DNA of 63,968 bases, filler included, from Bigelowiella natans CCMP2755 (Eukaryota; Protista; Cercozoa), in NCBI GenBank assembly GCA_000320545.1. It is 6 parts of 6 records of this genome, joined end to end, with 100 filler letters (N's around TTAATTAATTAA, not from the genome) between each part and the next. Parts side by side here need not be neighbours in the genome. Positions count along the whole stretch, not along the records: positions 62,803 to 63,968 come from ADNK01000378.1; 5 more parts are not named here. The stretch is one strand, 5' to 3'. The notes under the pieces are model-generated. The model was not told the DNA's origin, searched no databases, and was given only the letters and a program-made list of their open reading frames with translations. The position numbers and the translations under genes were made by a program. The first letter of the stretch is position 1; every line of letters begins with the position of its first letter. Shown in pieces: positions 62,931 through 63,968 of the stretch.

Positions 62931-63968
62931 CGCGCGCGCGCTCGAGCGGAGGCCACATATATAGCGCCATTCAAAACATCGGTGCTATTTTCCCTCAATT
63001 TTCTAGTGGTTGGTGTGAGGAGGAGGAGGAGGCGTGCCTCGAATTTGTTGGGTTCCATTCTCGCGAGCAAGGAGACGAGCTCCGTGTACTCCAGCAGCTT
63101 ACGATGCGCTTGTATCTCGGCGAGTCCTGAATGAATAACAAGAACAACAGTAACACTGACAACGGAAGAATGAAGATGATGGAGGCGGAGAAAGAGGAAG
63201 GAGGAGGGGAGCGTCCTTCACACATAGCCCCCTTCGTGGCTCCTCCCCCCCCCCCTCCAGAGAAGACTCTATATCTTACTCATCACTCATTAGCCATCAC
63301 CCCGCACTAACATCATTCTCTGGGGCACGCACGAAGGGAAAGGGGGAGGTAGCGATGCAGAGGAGGAGGAGTAGTAGGAGGAGGAGGAGGAGGAGGAGAC
63401 CCCATGCTCTACTACCACTCAGCTAACACACCTTCCGGTCTGATGCCTGTCTCCAACTTCGACCCTGATGATATGAGAGAGATTAGAGGGGGGGGGGAGG
63501 GGTGGTAACGGAGCAACAAGGCACAATAATCACGTTTGCTTTCACACACACAGACACACACTCACTCACTCACTCACTCACTCACTCGTTTAGTAGTAGA
63601 AGTAGCAGTACTATACAGTAGTAGTAGCAGTAATAGTAGTAATCGATCAAGATCGTCGATATCTCTACCCCCCCCCCCCCCGCCTCTCACACGTTCCTCT
63701 TCTTCCCTTCAATCGAGGCCTGGTACCTTGTTTGCTCAGAGCGGCCTGCAGCCCTCCTCTTCCTCCTGCATGGTCACCGCCGCCGCCGCTATGGAGGGGG
63801 GCGAGCATTGGACTCCTGCTTCGATGAAGGGCTGGGCAGTACCGAGAGGCTGCCTGCTAAGCATACATATATGTGAATAATACACGTAAATATATCTATC
63901 TATCTATCTATCTATCTATATATGTATATGTATATGCATTGATATTGATATGTGTTTGTGTGTGTGTG

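Noticed and set aside
61770-63968. Possible exons in the last two short contigs
   Set aside because: Fragments such as GLAEIQAHRKLLEYTELVSLLARMEPNKFE look coding but cannot be assembled or assigned.

Overview
Eukaryotic, intron-rich nuclear DNA with short GT-AG introns that often contain microsatellites. The style suggests a protist such as a chlorarachniophyte, but that is inference. The window is at least six contigs joined by artificial 100-nt N-TTAATTAATTAA-N linkers. Genes reconstructed by hand: four ankyrin-repeat genes, an MFS sugar porter, a Josephin deubiquitinase, a dual-specificity phosphatase, a head-to-head pair of paralogous secreted coiled-coil proteins, a protein with a C-terminal parvulin PPIase domain, eIF2B-beta, an FLZ/DUF581-like zinc finger, a partial P2-type Ca2+-ATPase, a cathepsin L, and several hypothetical genes. 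Main leads: (1) an ankyrin gene built from 17 tandem one-repeat-per-exon cassettes with homologous introns, variable binding-surface codons, mosaic units and one frameshifted cassette; (2) repeat relics almost devoid of TpA, the opposite of fungal RIP; (3) cathepsin L bracketed by identical inverted, hairpin-rich LTR-like repeats; (4) the divergent secreted coiled-coil paralog pair; (5) purine-pyrimidine-alternating blocks at convergent gene ends; (6) a C-terminal motif shared by two ankyrin proteins. All exon models are manual and unverified by transcripts.
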